Source: a virus
Taxonomy: Duplodnaviria; Caudoviricetes
Virus record (IMG/VR): IMGVR_UViG_3300032116_000250
Coordinates: 1 to 55,587 of that record
Length of the DNA: 55,587 nucleotides
Strand: one strand, 5' to 3'
The translations under genes were made by a program, and so were the position numbers. Each line of letters starts with the position of its first letter. Positions within the stretch are counted from its first letter, which is position 1. Under the pieces are notes generated by a model that was given only the letters and a program-made list of their open reading frames with translations, was not told where the DNA came from and did not search any database. This document shows, one piece after another, positions 36,162 to 46,343 of the stretch.

Positions 36162-36590
36162 ATGCCCACCAACATGACCCTCAGCGGTAGTGGTTATCCC
36201 CTGCTCAACGTCAGGGACCCCCTGCGGGGGCCACCCTACACCTTCAACAAGAAGGTCCAGGGGTACCTGTGCCTCCGGGGTGAGACCTCCTGGATCCAGG
36301 TGTCAGCCGTAGGCGTACCTCCCCTCACGAAGTCGCCTGAGGGGCTGGTGGTGCCCTTGGGACCCCTGAAGGTCGAGCACCGTACCGTCGCCACCCACAA
36401 GGGCGTACCCCGCACCCTCATCCGGCTGGGCGAACCCGCCACCAACCTCCTCACGGAGGTCCTCACCCCCAGGGTCATCTGGCCCCGCCTCCTGGACGAC
36501 CGGGTCGATAGGTACCTGTGGGTCGTACTACTGAGCGGAGAAGTCTCCGAAGTCCCCGAACTGCCCGAAGCTGGACCTATCCCGGCCTGA
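36162..36590 (+). CDS. Hypothetical protein
   Basis: 142 aa; last plus-strand gene; 63 bp convergent overlap with the next gene. Confidence 0.6.
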   Translation: MPTNMTLSGSGYPLLNVRDPLRGPPYTFNKKVQGYLCLRGETSWIQVSAVGVPPLTKSPEGLVVPLGPLKVEHRTVATHKGVPRTLIRLGEPATNLLTEVLTPRVIWPRLLDDRVDRYLWVVLLSGEVSEVPELPEAGPIPA

Positions 36591-39500
36591 CCCCGGGAGC
36601 CCCTGCTCCTTCGCCAGCCGGTCACGGGCCTCCTTGGACATGCTCTCATAGCCCGGCCGCAGGTCGTTCCGGTCGTTCGCGGTACCAGAGGCGAGGGCCT
36701 CCGCAGGTACGTTGAACCTGTTGGCGTTCTCCTGGGCCAGCGGGCTATACATGCTCCGCAACTCGGGGGGCAACCTATCCAGGATACGCTCGGGACGTGG
36801 CGTGACCCGCTGCTTGACGTAGCCGTCGAGTTGGGCCCGCGTCACCGTGAGGGGGATGCCCTTCTTGGTGGTGGGATCCTTGAACCGCTTGCTGAACTCC
36901 TGACTGACGGCTTGGGCCTCACGGGTGTTCCCGTCCACGACGTGCTGGATGTACTTCTGCTTGTACTTGAGGATCTCCTCACGCTGCTTCACGAGGTAGT
37001 TGTCCAGTTCGCTGCCCGCGTTGAAGTTACCGAGGTCCACACCCACGGCACGCATAACCAACTGACCGGGGGTCCGGTAGTCGATGAGGGTTCCGTCCGC
37101 CTTGTACAGGGGGACACGCCCGTCAGGGAGGGCGGCCGAGTAGTCCGCGTAGGTCTTCTGGAGCAACCCATCACCGGGTAGTTCGGGTGCGACACCCAGC
37201 ATCTTGCTGAGGTGGATACCCCCGGGGATAGTCCTTGCGATGCTGGTCTGCAACATCGCACGGTCACCCAACGCCACACCTCGCACCAGCCCCACACCAA
37301 TATCGATGGCGGGCGGCAACGGATAGGGGTTACCCTCGGACTTCTCGAACAGGGCGTTGTTACCCGTGGCAAGACCCGTCGCGGCGTCGTAGTAGAGGCC
37401 CTTGCTGAGGTCAATCCCGAAGGCATTCCGACCCAACTCATAGGCAATCGCAGACACACCCACTCCACGCAAGGTCGTGCTCATCAACCCCTTGAGGTAG
37501 CTGCTCTCGTGCATGCGGGGCAGGTCCCACACGGCTGCCGTCAGCGACTTCATGGGGAACGCCAGGAACTGCCGGATCACGGGGTCACCGAACAGGTTGC
37601 TGGAGTGAAAGAGTGTGGGACTGCCGAACTTGTCGGCTGCAAACTGGAACCTGTTGACGGCTTCGCTGGAGTCCGTGAGGAACTTACCCAGGAGTTGGGG
37701 ACTGAAGGGGTTCAACCCGTCCTTGAGGTAGGACCGCTTGACCATGTGGGCAGTGACGTTGCGGTTCAACCACTCGGACTGCTGGAACCCCAGCATCATG
37801 AAGTCCTGCACCTTATCCAAGGTCGAACGCCGCCCAGCCTCGATACCTCCGCTACCAATAGCGTCCACCAGACCCATGGCGGACTGGGGGTTGATGCGGA
37901 TCACATCCACTCCACGGGTCACACCCTCTTTGAGGCCCCGGGCGATGTCCTTGGTGGCACCCGCCATCGAGAAGTGCTTCATGATCAGGGCCTCCTGGAT
38001 GTCATTCTCCAGGGGGCGAAGACCATAGCGTCCGATGCGGTCCTTCCAGTAGGAGAACTGCTCGCCGAGGGCGTCCACGTACGCGGGGATCAGGTTGCCG
38101 TAGCCACCCGCGTTACCTGCGAGCACGAAGGGTTGGAGCAGGTTGACGGCTACGCTCGCGGGGTTGAGACCCAGGTGGCTGGTGTACAACCACCGGGCCA
38201 CATCATGGGTGAGACCGCTGCCCCCGTACACGACGTTCCGGGGGTCGGCGAGCATGTCCACTTTGTTCATGAGGGAGCGGCCCCAGTCACCCGCACCCCG
38301 GATCTTCTTACCCAACTCGCTCTTGGAGATGCCCGCGAGGAGGCCCTTGGCCTCGTAGATCTGGCCCTTTGCGATGGCGAGGTCCACGCCACCACGTCCC
38401 ATGGTGACGTCCATCCAGGAGTTGCGGTACTTGGCGGCGGCCCAGTCGTTACCCACGTTCTGGAGCATCTTGTAGTTGGTGTCGTAGAGGTCCATCGGGC
38501 TCATGGACCTGCGGAACTGCTCACCCACGGCATCCTGCCGGTTGAAGGCCGCCATGAACTGCTCCTCGTTGAGGGGTTTCAGGCGGGTCTTCGGTCGGCC
38601 CAGACTCACGGGGTTCCGGGTAGTGTTATCCACGAGGGTCCGTTGGCCGGTACCCAGGGGATCCTCCAGCAGGGTCACGGCGGGCTGCTTGTCGGGGTGC
38701 TTGCGGAGGTAGTCCTCGTAGGCGGGGCTCTTGGGGACCTCCTGCCACTCCATCATGCCGGGGTTGTCGAAGGAGATGCCCTGGGGTGAGCGGCCCTTGA
38801 CCGCCTGCAACTCCCGCATCGACTTCTCCAGAGATTCGATCTCCAACCGCGTCACGGGACGGGTCACGTGGCTGGCGGTACGGGCATTGTTGGTGAGGCT
38901 CGACACCATCACCTCATGGAAGTTCATATTCAGCGTGAGGGGAGGCCTCTTCGACACATCACTCATGACCTCTTCCACCGCCTTGTTGGTGGACTCACGG
39001 AGTCCGTTGGCGGTGCCCTCGTCGATGAAGCCCTTCCGCTGCCACGAATCAATGACGTCGTGGTTGAATAGCACACTGTCGCCCTGTTGGGGGGCATACC
39101 GGTCCATGCGGGTGGTCCGCAGGTAGGCGGCCTCCTCCAGTGAGTGGGCCCCCTTGAGGTCAGCACCCCCAACACGCAGCGGTGTATCCTGGAACACGGG
39201 AACGTAGGTGTTGCCCCGGGCGTTGTTATCGAACAGCTTGACGATCTCCTGCCTGAGGTCGTCGGCTTTCATCTCGCCACGGGCGATCTTCCCGATCTGG
39301 TCCTCATCGAGCAGGCCGTACACAAAGTCCATGCCCTGGATGGCATCCTTGGAGAGGCCCTCCCGGCGCAGGACCTCAGGCGGGGTCATGATTCCCCGGA
39401 CCAGCTTGTCAACCTTGGCCCGGTCCACGGGCATAACACCTTGGCCGCTACGGATCCACGTGTCCATATCGGCGTGGTCCATGAGGCCCAGGAGTGCGGC

Positions 39501-40673
39501 GTTCGTGCGGCGGGCTGACCGCTGCATCCCCTCCATGTAGCCCTCCACGAGGTCGAGGGGGGCGTACTTACTGAGGGAGGCGTCCACGGCCGCCATGTTG
39601 AAGCCCTTGCCCTCCCCCAGGATGGGCCGAATGCTCTGGAAGGTAGACCCGTCGTACTTGAGGTCGCCGTCCCGGAGGACTTTGGGCTTCTTGTAGAACC
39701 TCACGAACTCCCACGTGTCGCCCTCGGCACGGAAACTACCCGGATCATCAACCTTGGGGCGGTTCAGGAGGCTTTGCTTGAGCTTCTCAGCTTCGGCAGC
39801 GGGCATGGTGATGCCGTCCTTGCTGAGGAACTTCTTGAGGTAGACCTCCATGTTGTGATCGGTCTCAGCAACCTTGGCGTCCATCTCGTTATACCACCGG
39901 GAGATGTACGCTTGGTCAAGACTTCCCGAAGGAGTCTCGGGCTCGGGGGTGTTCTCCCCGAGGTACTTGGCACGCACCTGTCCAGTGTCGTTACCGGCCT
40001 CGTCGAGGACCTTCTCAAACTTCACCTTGTTGTAGGTGCTGTAATATTCATTCTGGAGTTCGGCGACCCGCTTGCCCGCATTGAGGTTCTTGACCCGCAT
40101 AGCCTCCATGATGTCAGTCATGATGACCTGAGCTTCACCTGTAAGGTCCGAGGGCCTCAAGCTATCAATGCGGAGGTGGGGGAACTTGGCCTGAAGATGT
40201 TCCAGGAGCTTACCCATCTCGGGGAGGTATTCGCTGGCGGCGGCTACCGAGAGCTTCTCTGATTCCCGGGCACTGATACGACCCGCCATCGTACCCACGG
40301 GGGTAATCGCGGAGTCCATACCCGTGAGTCCAAGCACCTGGAACACGCTGGGGAACTTGGAGGTCCACGTCTTGAAGACCTTGGCGGAGAACATCTCACC
40401 AGCATGTTTGACGGCAGAACCTCCCACGGGCGAGGTGATGAATGCCAACCACGTGAAGGGGTTAAGGAGGACGCCCGCCACTGCTTTCATCAGGGGGTTA
40501 TCCCCTGTGATGCTGGCGACCTTGTCCTTCAGGGTTGAGCGTTCGTCGGGGGTGAGTTCTTCCGGTGCGAGAGCCAGCTTCTTGAAGGTCTCGAAGTTGC
40601 CCTCCCCGTCGAGGATCATGCTCAGGGCGATGCTGGGCTTATCGTACACGGTGATAGGCTGAAACTGGCTCAT
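36528..40673 (-). CDS. Large internal virion / DNA ejection protein (putative)
   Basis: ~1380 aa, helical; last gene of the tail/ejection operon; no catalytic motif recognised. Confidence 0.6.
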   Translation of the reverse strand: MSQFQPITVYDKPSIALSMILDGEGNFETFKKLALAPEELTPDERSTLKDKVASITGDNPLMKAVAGVLLNPFTWLAFITSPVGGSAVKHAGEMFSAKVFKTWTSKFPSVFQVLGLTGMDSAITPVGTMAGRISARESEKLSVAAASEYLPEMGKLLEHLQAKFPHLRIDSLRPSDLTGEAQVIMTDIMEAMRVKNLNAGKRVAELQNEYYSTYNKVKFEKVLDEAGNDTGQVRAKYLGENTPEPETPSGSLDQAYISRWYNEMDAKVAETDHNMEVYLKKFLSKDGITMPAAEAEKLKQSLLNRPKVDDPGSFRAEGDTWEFVRFYKKPKVLRDGDLKYDGSTFQSIRPILGEGKGFNMAAVDASLSKYAPLDLVEGYMEGMQRSARRTNAALLGLMDHADMDTWIRSGQGVMPVDRAKVDKLVRGIMTPPEVLRREGLSKDAIQGMDFVYGLLDEDQIGKIARGEMKADDLRQEIVKLFDNNARGNTYVPVFQDTPLRVGGADLKGAHSLEEAAYLRTTRMDRYAPQQGDSVLFNHDVIDSWQRKGFIDEGTANGLRESTNKAVEEVMSDVSKRPPLTLNMNFHEVMVSSLTNNARTASHVTRPVTRLEIESLEKSMRELQAVKGRSPQGISFDNPGMMEWQEVPKSPAYEDYLRKHPDKQPAVTLLEDPLGTGQRTLVDNTTRNPVSLGRPKTRLKPLNEEQFMAAFNRQDAVGEQFRRSMSPMDLYDTNYKMLQNVGNDWAAAKYRNSWMDVTMGRGGVDLAIAKGQIYEAKGLLAGISKSELGKKIRGAGDWGRSLMNKVDMLADPRNVVYGGSGLTHDVARWLYTSHLGLNPASVAVNLLQPFVLAGNAGGYGNLIPAYVDALGEQFSYWKDRIGRYGLRPLENDIQEALIMKHFSMAGATKDIARGLKEGVTRGVDVIRINPQSAMGLVDAIGSGGIEAGRRSTLDKVQDFMMLGFQQSEWLNRNVTAHMVKRSYLKDGLNPFSPQLLGKFLTDSSEAVNRFQFAADKFGSPTLFHSSNLFGDPVIRQFLAFPMKSLTAAVWDLPRMHESSYLKGLMSTTLRGVGVSAIAYELGRNAFGIDLSKGLYYDAATGLATGNNALFEKSEGNPYPLPPAIDIGVGLVRGVALGDRAMLQTSIARTIPGGIHLSKMLGVAPELPGDGLLQKTYADYSAALPDGRVPLYKADGTLIDYRTPGQLVMRAVGVDLGNFNAGSELDNYLVKQREEILKYKQKYIQHVVDGNTREAQAVSQEFSKRFKDPTTKKGIPLTVTRAQLDGYVKQRVTPRPERILDRLPPELRSMYSPLAQENANRFNVPAEALASGTANDRNDLRPGYESMSKEARDRLAKEQGLPGSGRDRSSFGQFGDFGDFSAQ

Positions 40674-40737
40674 AGTTAAATGATAAGCCCCCACCTTGTC
40701 TAAAGGAGGGGGCCTACCACAGCGAGAAAGTCACAGG

Positions 40738-41577
40738 TTAAGAACGACGTTGACGGACACGAACACTCACAAGGACCGGGGTGCCGTTGAGGTTGGCGTT
40801 GCCCAGGTTAGTACCACCAGAGAACGCATTGGTACCCCAGTTACCCGAAGACAAGGTTGCAGCAGCCGTGATCGTGATGCGGCCCCAAAGGACATCGCCG
40901 GGGTTCATCACGTTGTCTGAGATGTTGAACACGCGACCACCAACGGTGGCACGTGACCCATCGGACGCGAGGAGCGGTTGATCCGCAGGACCCGCAATAC
41001 CAGCGGTACCCGGATCAATCGGCACACCCAGAACAGCGGGCGGCAGGACACCACCACCAGCGACGGCAATGGTGGACCCATAGAGAGCGGTGGTGCGGGG
41101 CTTGTAGTACGTCGAGGGCACACCAGGGTTGACGTCAAACCCGAACGGACCCGTGGCACCCACGAGTTGCAGAGGCTGGCTCACAGGAACCAGAAGACCC
41201 GGGGTACCAATGGTTGTGAGGGTGGCGTTCGCGGAACTGCGATTGACAAAGACACCCAACCGGCTGACGTTCAGGGTGGCAGCCGTAGCCGCAGCAAACA
41301 TCTCAGGGCACTGCTTACCAAGCTGGAAGCTCATACCCGTGATGGCCTGGTTGGCGGTAGCATCACAATACACAGCAGGGATACGCACCAGACACTCATC
41401 AACGATGTACCGCAGACCCGGGAGGATCGGCAGCGGCACGTTGATCGTGAGGGGGGTGGTTGCAGCCGCCTGAGCCGTAGACCTGTTAATCAGGTCCAGC
41501 CAGGGGAACTCAAAGTTGAAGCGGTCACTGACAAAGTCAGGGACTTCACGGTTCAGAATCGGACGGTCAAAGGCCAT
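40738..41577 (-). CDS. Putative virion structural protein (beta-rich)
   Basis: MAFDRP start with AAGGAG; Ala/Gly/Thr-rich. Confidence 0.6.
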   Translation of the reverse strand: MAFDRPILNREVPDFVSDRFNFEFPWLDLINRSTAQAAATTPLTINVPLPILPGLRYIVDECLVRIPAVYCDATANQAITGMSFQLGKQCPEMFAAATAATLNVSRLGVFVNRSSANATLTTIGTPGLLVPVSQPLQLVGATGPFGFDVNPGVPSTYYKPRTTALYGSTIAVAGGGVLPPAVLGVPIDPGTAGIAGPADQPLLASDGSRATVGGRVFNISDNVMNPGDVLWGRITITAAATLSSGNWGTNAFSGGTNLGNANLNGTPVLVSVRVRQRRS

Positions 41578-41642
41578 GGCGGACTCCTTCGTTGGGTGCG
41601 GGTTCCAGGGGTAAGCCCTCAAGCATAGGCGGGCTCAGGGGC

Positions 41643-44447
41643 TCAGGGGCGTACGGGGATCAGGGAGGCACGCTTGCGGGTCTTGCGGATGATGTTGAAT
41701 TTCTCGACTTCCTCCGGGGAAGCATTGGAACGGGGACCACCCGTGGTGACGAGCTTCTTCTCGTCGAATTCATTGAGGCGGGGTTTACCCTTAGGACGAC
41801 GCTTAGCAGCGAAGGCCTCGGCCCACCGCATCAGAGCCTGCGTGACCGCCACACCCTTGGCCATTTCGGGCTTATCCGGGGACAGTGGCCGTGCCTTGCT
41901 GGACACCACCGGAACCTCGGGGGCAGCCTGCTTCTTGCGTTCAACGGGTTGACCTTCCCGAGTAATTGCGGTTTTCACAGGGGGCTTGTCCCGCAGGGTC
42001 CGGGCCCTCTGGAACGGGTTAAACACACGCACGATCCGGTCCTTGGGTTCGGGGGTTTCCAGCTTACGGGTGACCGGAGTAACCTGACCAACTCCCGGAC
42101 CCTTATCCACCTCATAGGGCTTACCCTCAGGAGGTGGGGGCCCCTTGATGACCATCCGTCGAAGGAAAGACTTCTTGCGGTAGGGCTCCATGGACTCAGA
42201 CCGTTTGAGCTTGGACTGGAAGCTCTCCGGGTCCTTGAGGGCTTTGTTAATGTCGCTCTTGGCCTTAAGCCCGGGGAGGTTCTTGTAGAAGTAGCGGTTA
42301 CGGGCCTCAGGGGTCACCTGGGACTTGAGCTTCTGGTCGATGTAGGTGGCTTGCTCGGTCTTGGCCTTCTTGTTGCTCTGGGCCGCGATCTTATTGATAA
42401 CCACGCTCTGGTGGCTGGCGGGCCACGTGTCGAAGTCGGGGTGCATCTTCCGGGCCACACTCAAGAACCCCTGCACAGTGCGGGGCTTGGTCTGAAGGGG
42501 TCGGTCGGGAAACTCCTTGGCGGTGTCCTTGGCCTGGAGGTCGAAAAGGGCCGCGTCACTGGGCTTATTGATCTTGCGTTTACGGGCACGCTCACCACCG
42601 TAACCGCCTTGCTCGCGGTCGTAGCGGGTGATCCAGTTGTAGAGGTCGTTGGTGGGTTGTTCTCCACGACCCTGCTGGATGTAACGCACCCGTTGGGTGA
42701 GGTCCGCTTCGAGGGCCTTACGCTTCTCAGGGTCTTGGGTGTTGGCCATCGCCCGGAGGTCCTCTACCAGCTTGCGGGGGTGCAGGGGCTGGTTGGGGTA
42801 CATCGCGGAAACGGCAAACTCCTCGTCCTTGATGGACTTGTCAAATCGGCGTTGCTCGTAAGTTTCTTTGCCGTGGTTCTTGAGGAAGGACTTACCCGTT
42901 TTGAACCGCTCACCCTTGATGACGGATTGGAGCAACTCCCTGCGGGTGGGCTGCTTGCGGTCCTCCATCTCGACCATGTCCTCGGGCTTCTGGTACTGGA
43001 CCCGGTCATCGGGGGCCTCGGTGTTGTCCCGGGACCTCTGGATCTCACGCTCCATGAGGTCCTGCTTGAACTCCCTATCCAGGAACACCCCATGCGACCG
43101 TGAGGGGAGGCCCGTGTGATACCGAGATGGATCCGCAGCGAACTGATCCTGGAGTTCGGTGACAACCTTCCGGGCGTGCTCAGTAGCGGCCGAGTCCCTG
43201 AGCCCATCAAGCTGGTTGAGGACGTTATCCCGCACGTGAACCCCGTTACCACGGGCCACCATGGCGGCGTTCATGAGGTCGTTGGCGGCGTACGCAGAGA
43301 GCATGGCACGTCCGGGGTGCGTCTTCATCTGACGACCCTGAAGCGTGAGAATGGGGAATCCGGCCTTGTTCTTGGAGAACATTGCCAGCTTGCTCCAGTC
43401 ACCACCATCTTTGAAGTGGTCGAAGATACGACGCTTCAGGGGGTCCGTCAGACTGGACTCCATGCCCTTACGGTTCAGAGTGTTGTGGAGTTGAACATAC
43501 TTCAACTCAGGACCAAGGGCACCACCTCCGAGCAACTTCATCATGAGGGCGAGTTCTGCCCCATCAACGGTCTGACTACCGAGGTTGTTGTCGGCCTTGA
43601 TCTGGGGGTCAATGCGGTCGATGGGGAGGATGCCGAAGAGCTTCTGCATCATCTTGGCAAGGACCGGTGACTTCCGGGGGTCAACACCTTCAGCCAACCC
43701 GTAGTAGTTGCTCTCGGCCCCCGGCAGCGGACGATACACCTGAGCCCGTGGAGGACGTGCCCTCAACCTGTTGTGGTCGGGGTCCACCAGAGTGTCTCGA
43801 ATGCCCCTCTGAGACTGTACCTGGTTTCGTTGCCAGCGGAGGGAATCATCGAAGCTGTTGGCTTTGCCCTGAATTTCCTCGTGGTAGCCCTTGAGGTCAC
43901 GGGCGAAGTGGCTCTCGGCGGCATCAGCGGCAGCACCCAAGATTTTGAACTCCAGGTCTTCACGCATACCTGGGATTTCAATGTTGTCAAGGAGTTGGAG
44001 GGCCTCTGCGTTGGACATACCGGGGGTTACCCCGGCTTTGCGGAGTATCAACTCTTCGGCACCGGCCCCCAAATCGGGGATCCCCATGTCCTTCCCATAG
44101 AAGTGGTTGCGGTCAGGGGCACGCCCCGGGTGTGGAACCCCCTGAAACCGCTCATGGTTCTGGAGTTTGAGGTTATAGTCCCGGAGGGCTTCCTCGAACT
44201 CAATCTGGTCCGCTAGCTCACTCCCTGTAAACGCATAGGGGTCCGTCTCCCGGAGGTTGGTGGGTGCAGGACCTCGGGGACGCACAGGACCCTCAAACAC
44301 AGGGGTGGGAAGGTTCATCTCACCCCGGGTCATAGGGCCTTGGTGGCGGGCAGCCACAACCGCCGGATGCTGATTGAGAGCCCCACCCTTGGACTTAATC
44401 AGGGCGGCCACGATCTTGTCCAACTTGGGTGTACGTGACCTTGCCAT
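41643..44447 (-). CDS. Large hypothetical protein with very basic C-terminal third
   Basis: 934 aa ORF in the virion operon. Confidence 0.75.
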   Translation of the reverse strand: MARSRTPKLDKIVAALIKSKGGALNQHPAVVAARHQGPMTRGEMNLPTPVFEGPVRPRGPAPTNLRETDPYAFTGSELADQIEFEEALRDYNLKLQNHERFQGVPHPGRAPDRNHFYGKDMGIPDLGAGAEELILRKAGVTPGMSNAEALQLLDNIEIPGMREDLEFKILGAAADAAESHFARDLKGYHEEIQGKANSFDDSLRWQRNQVQSQRGIRDTLVDPDHNRLRARPPRAQVYRPLPGAESNYYGLAEGVDPRKSPVLAKMMQKLFGILPIDRIDPQIKADNNLGSQTVDGAELALMMKLLGGGALGPELKYVQLHNTLNRKGMESSLTDPLKRRIFDHFKDGGDWSKLAMFSKNKAGFPILTLQGRQMKTHPGRAMLSAYAANDLMNAAMVARGNGVHVRDNVLNQLDGLRDSAATEHARKVVTELQDQFAADPSRYHTGLPSRSHGVFLDREFKQDLMEREIQRSRDNTEAPDDRVQYQKPEDMVEMEDRKQPTRRELLQSVIKGERFKTGKSFLKNHGKETYEQRRFDKSIKDEEFAVSAMYPNQPLHPRKLVEDLRAMANTQDPEKRKALEADLTQRVRYIQQGRGEQPTNDLYNWITRYDREQGGYGGERARKRKINKPSDAALFDLQAKDTAKEFPDRPLQTKPRTVQGFLSVARKMHPDFDTWPASHQSVVINKIAAQSNKKAKTEQATYIDQKLKSQVTPEARNRYFYKNLPGLKAKSDINKALKDPESFQSKLKRSESMEPYRKKSFLRRMVIKGPPPPEGKPYEVDKGPGVGQVTPVTRKLETPEPKDRIVRVFNPFQRARTLRDKPPVKTAITREGQPVERKKQAAPEVPVVSSKARPLSPDKPEMAKGVAVTQALMRWAEAFAAKRRPKGKPRLNEFDEKKLVTTGGPRSNASPEEVEKFNIIRKTRKRASLIPVRP

Positions 44448-44449
44448 GG

Positions 44450-45310
44450 TTAGGCTCCGCGTGGGATGCTTGCAGCCAGTCGTTCCAGGGCGTCCGGGAG
44501 TTGGGTGCCCCCGATGATACGTCCACCACGGGGCACACTCCTGCCGTACACAACCTTCTGGTAGAGTTCGGGTTGCATCTGCATCATCAGTTGGGCGTTC
44601 TGGGCGGCTGCCTGCTGCAACCGCTGCATGTCCATCTGACGCTTGCGTTCGTTGAGGGCAGCTTGGATCTGGGCGTCCACGGCGGCGTTCTGCTGACGCC
44701 GACCGGGAGACTGGTAGCCAGTGAAGTCCCCCGCTACTTGGGCGTAGAGTTCCTTGGCGAGATCAGCCCCCAAGTCACCCACCAGACCAACGGTACTGAT
44801 AGCACCGAGGGCTCCGAGGGCTACGTTCCCGGGGTTGTTCTTGGCGTAGGAGCCCGCCTTCCGGAGGAGGTTCCACGACTTCACCGAGGGCTTCCCGGGT
44901 CCTTCCACCTTGTTAGAGGACACCTGGAGTGGGGTGTTCGGATCCCACGACCCGATGGGTGCAGCCGTGGGAGCGGGAGGCCCCATCTGGTCAGAGGGAC
45001 CGAAGCCCTTAGCCATCATGTAGCGGTCGGGACCACTCGTCGGCATAGCTCCCTTCTGCAACACGTGAGGGGAGGCATCACTGGCGGCCTTCAACTGAGC
45101 AAAGTAGTCGGCCTTCGCAAGGTCCTGCTCCTCAATCATCTGACGCAGGGCATCCAGGGACTGCTTGTCGGCTTGCTTCTTGTTGGAGTCAGCCGCCATC
45201 TGCTTGTACACGCTCTCCTCGGGAGCCGGTGCCTCAAATAGACTACCCGTGGGCTCCTTGGGTTTGGCCTTGCGGGTACGGGGCTTGGAGGTTGAAGGCT
45301 TCTTTGCCAT
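44450..45310 (-). CDS. Putative internal virion protein
   Basis: Gly/Ala hydrophobic segment plus Gln-rich helix. Confidence 0.6.
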   Translation of the reverse strand: MAKKPSTSKPRTRKAKPKEPTGSLFEAPAPEESVYKQMAADSNKKQADKQSLDALRQMIEEQDLAKADYFAQLKAASDASPHVLQKGAMPTSGPDRYMMAKGFGPSDQMGPPAPTAAPIGSWDPNTPLQVSSNKVEGPGKPSVKSWNLLRKAGSYAKNNPGNVALGALGAISTVGLVGDLGADLAKELYAQVAGDFTGYQSPGRRQQNAAVDAQIQAALNERKRQMDMQRLQQAAAQNAQLMMQMQPELYQKVVYGRSVPRGGRIIGGTQLPDALERLAASIPRGA

Positions 45311-45312
45311 GG

Positions 45313-45795
45313 TTAGTCCGGCCACACACCTGCTTGACGCAGGAATGACTCAAGGGGGTTAGTGGTAGGAGCCTGAGGCTGCATCGACTGGAGGGCGTGC
45401 TGCTCAATAGCAGTGAGGTTCAACTGGCTCATGAGGTCGGAGAGTTCACTCTGGTAAGGGTTACCCGCACGCTGCCGCAGGATGTCCGTCATGGTGGAGT
45501 TGCTCCGCTCCATGATGTCGGCCTCACCCGCGTACGACTCCGGAGCACTCGCAAGTGCAATTCGTGCGGCCTGATCCGCAGCGGACTGCTTCTCACCCCC
45601 GACGTCGGCACCAAACATGTTGGCGATGGGCTTGTACGAGAGGGCAGCACCAGCGGTGGCACCAATCCCAAGGGCGATTTTGCCTTTTCGAGATCCAAGA
45701 AAACTCTTACCCTTGGCGATCATGCCGGGCTGGGCGGGTGTAACCCCTGGAACGGGTTGGTACAAGGGATCGTTGAAGGGGTTGTGTGTGCTCAT
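45313..45795 (-). CDS. Putative internal virion protein
   Basis: 160 aa, IALGIGATAGAAL segment; GGAGG RBS. Confidence 0.6.
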   Translation of the reverse strand: MSTHNPFNDPLYQPVPGVTPAQPGMIAKGKSFLGSRKGKIALGIGATAGAALSYKPIANMFGADVGGEKQSAADQAARIALASAPESYAGEADIMERSNSTMTDILRQRAGNPYQSELSDLMSQLNLTAIEQHALQSMQPQAPTTNPLESFLRQAGVWPD

Positions 45796-46058
45796 CGGGG
45801 GCCTCCGTAGAACTGGCGGGCAATCTCCTGCATCTCCATCCGGCGACGATCACTGAGGGCACCCCGGGGCTGCTTCTTCCGAAGTTGACCATCGGGTCCG
45901 ATCTCATAACCCGGGGGAATACCCTCGTCGGGGTTACCTTCGCCACCTCCGAAGAAGCCCTTGCCCATGTCGTAAGCGAACAGGCCGGTGCCGAGGGCGT
46001 TCAACCCCGTCATCGCGTAGTTGCCTGCTGTTGCTAGTGCTGCAAGTGGTAGGGGCAT
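45792..46058 (-). CDS. Putative small ejection protein
   Basis: MPLPLAALATAG hydrophobic N-terminus; AAGGAG RBS. Confidence 0.55.
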   Translation of the reverse strand: MPLPLAALATAGNYAMTGLNALGTGLFAYDMGKGFFGGGEGNPDEGIPPGYEIGPDGQLRKKQPRGALSDRRRMEMQEIARQFYGGPR

Positions 46059-46060
46059 CG

Positions 46061-46339
46061 TTACTCCTTGGTGAGGTGGCCAGCCCGCAGGCTCCAGACC
46101 CTCCCCTCACGTTGGAGGAGGAGTAGGTCGGGGGGTTGTTTGCGGGTGTTCCAGAACCATGTGCGTACTACTTTAGGCGTCAACCGCTCCACGAACACAG
46201 GCTCGACCTCCAGGGAGCAGGTGGCCCCACCCTCGGGTACGGGACCCAGGAAGTGCCAGAACACCCGGGTGCCCTCGACGGCATACTCCCGGAGACTATC
46301 TTCCGCGATACACCGTGCGATCTCCCGATGGGTCATCAT
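46061..46339 (-). CDS. Hypothetical protein
   Basis: MMTHREIARC..., starts 5 nt after the upstream stop. Confidence 0.6.
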   Translation of the reverse strand: MMTHREIARCIAEDSLREYAVEGTRVFWHFLGPVPEGGATCSLEVEPVFVERLTPKVVRTWFWNTRKQPPDLLLLQREGRVWSLRAGHLTKE

Positions 46340-46343
46340 GGGG

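Noticed and set aside
36528-40673. Virion RNA polymerase
   Set aside because: No DxDGD or T7-type polymerase motifs recognised; cannot be fully excluded without a structure search.
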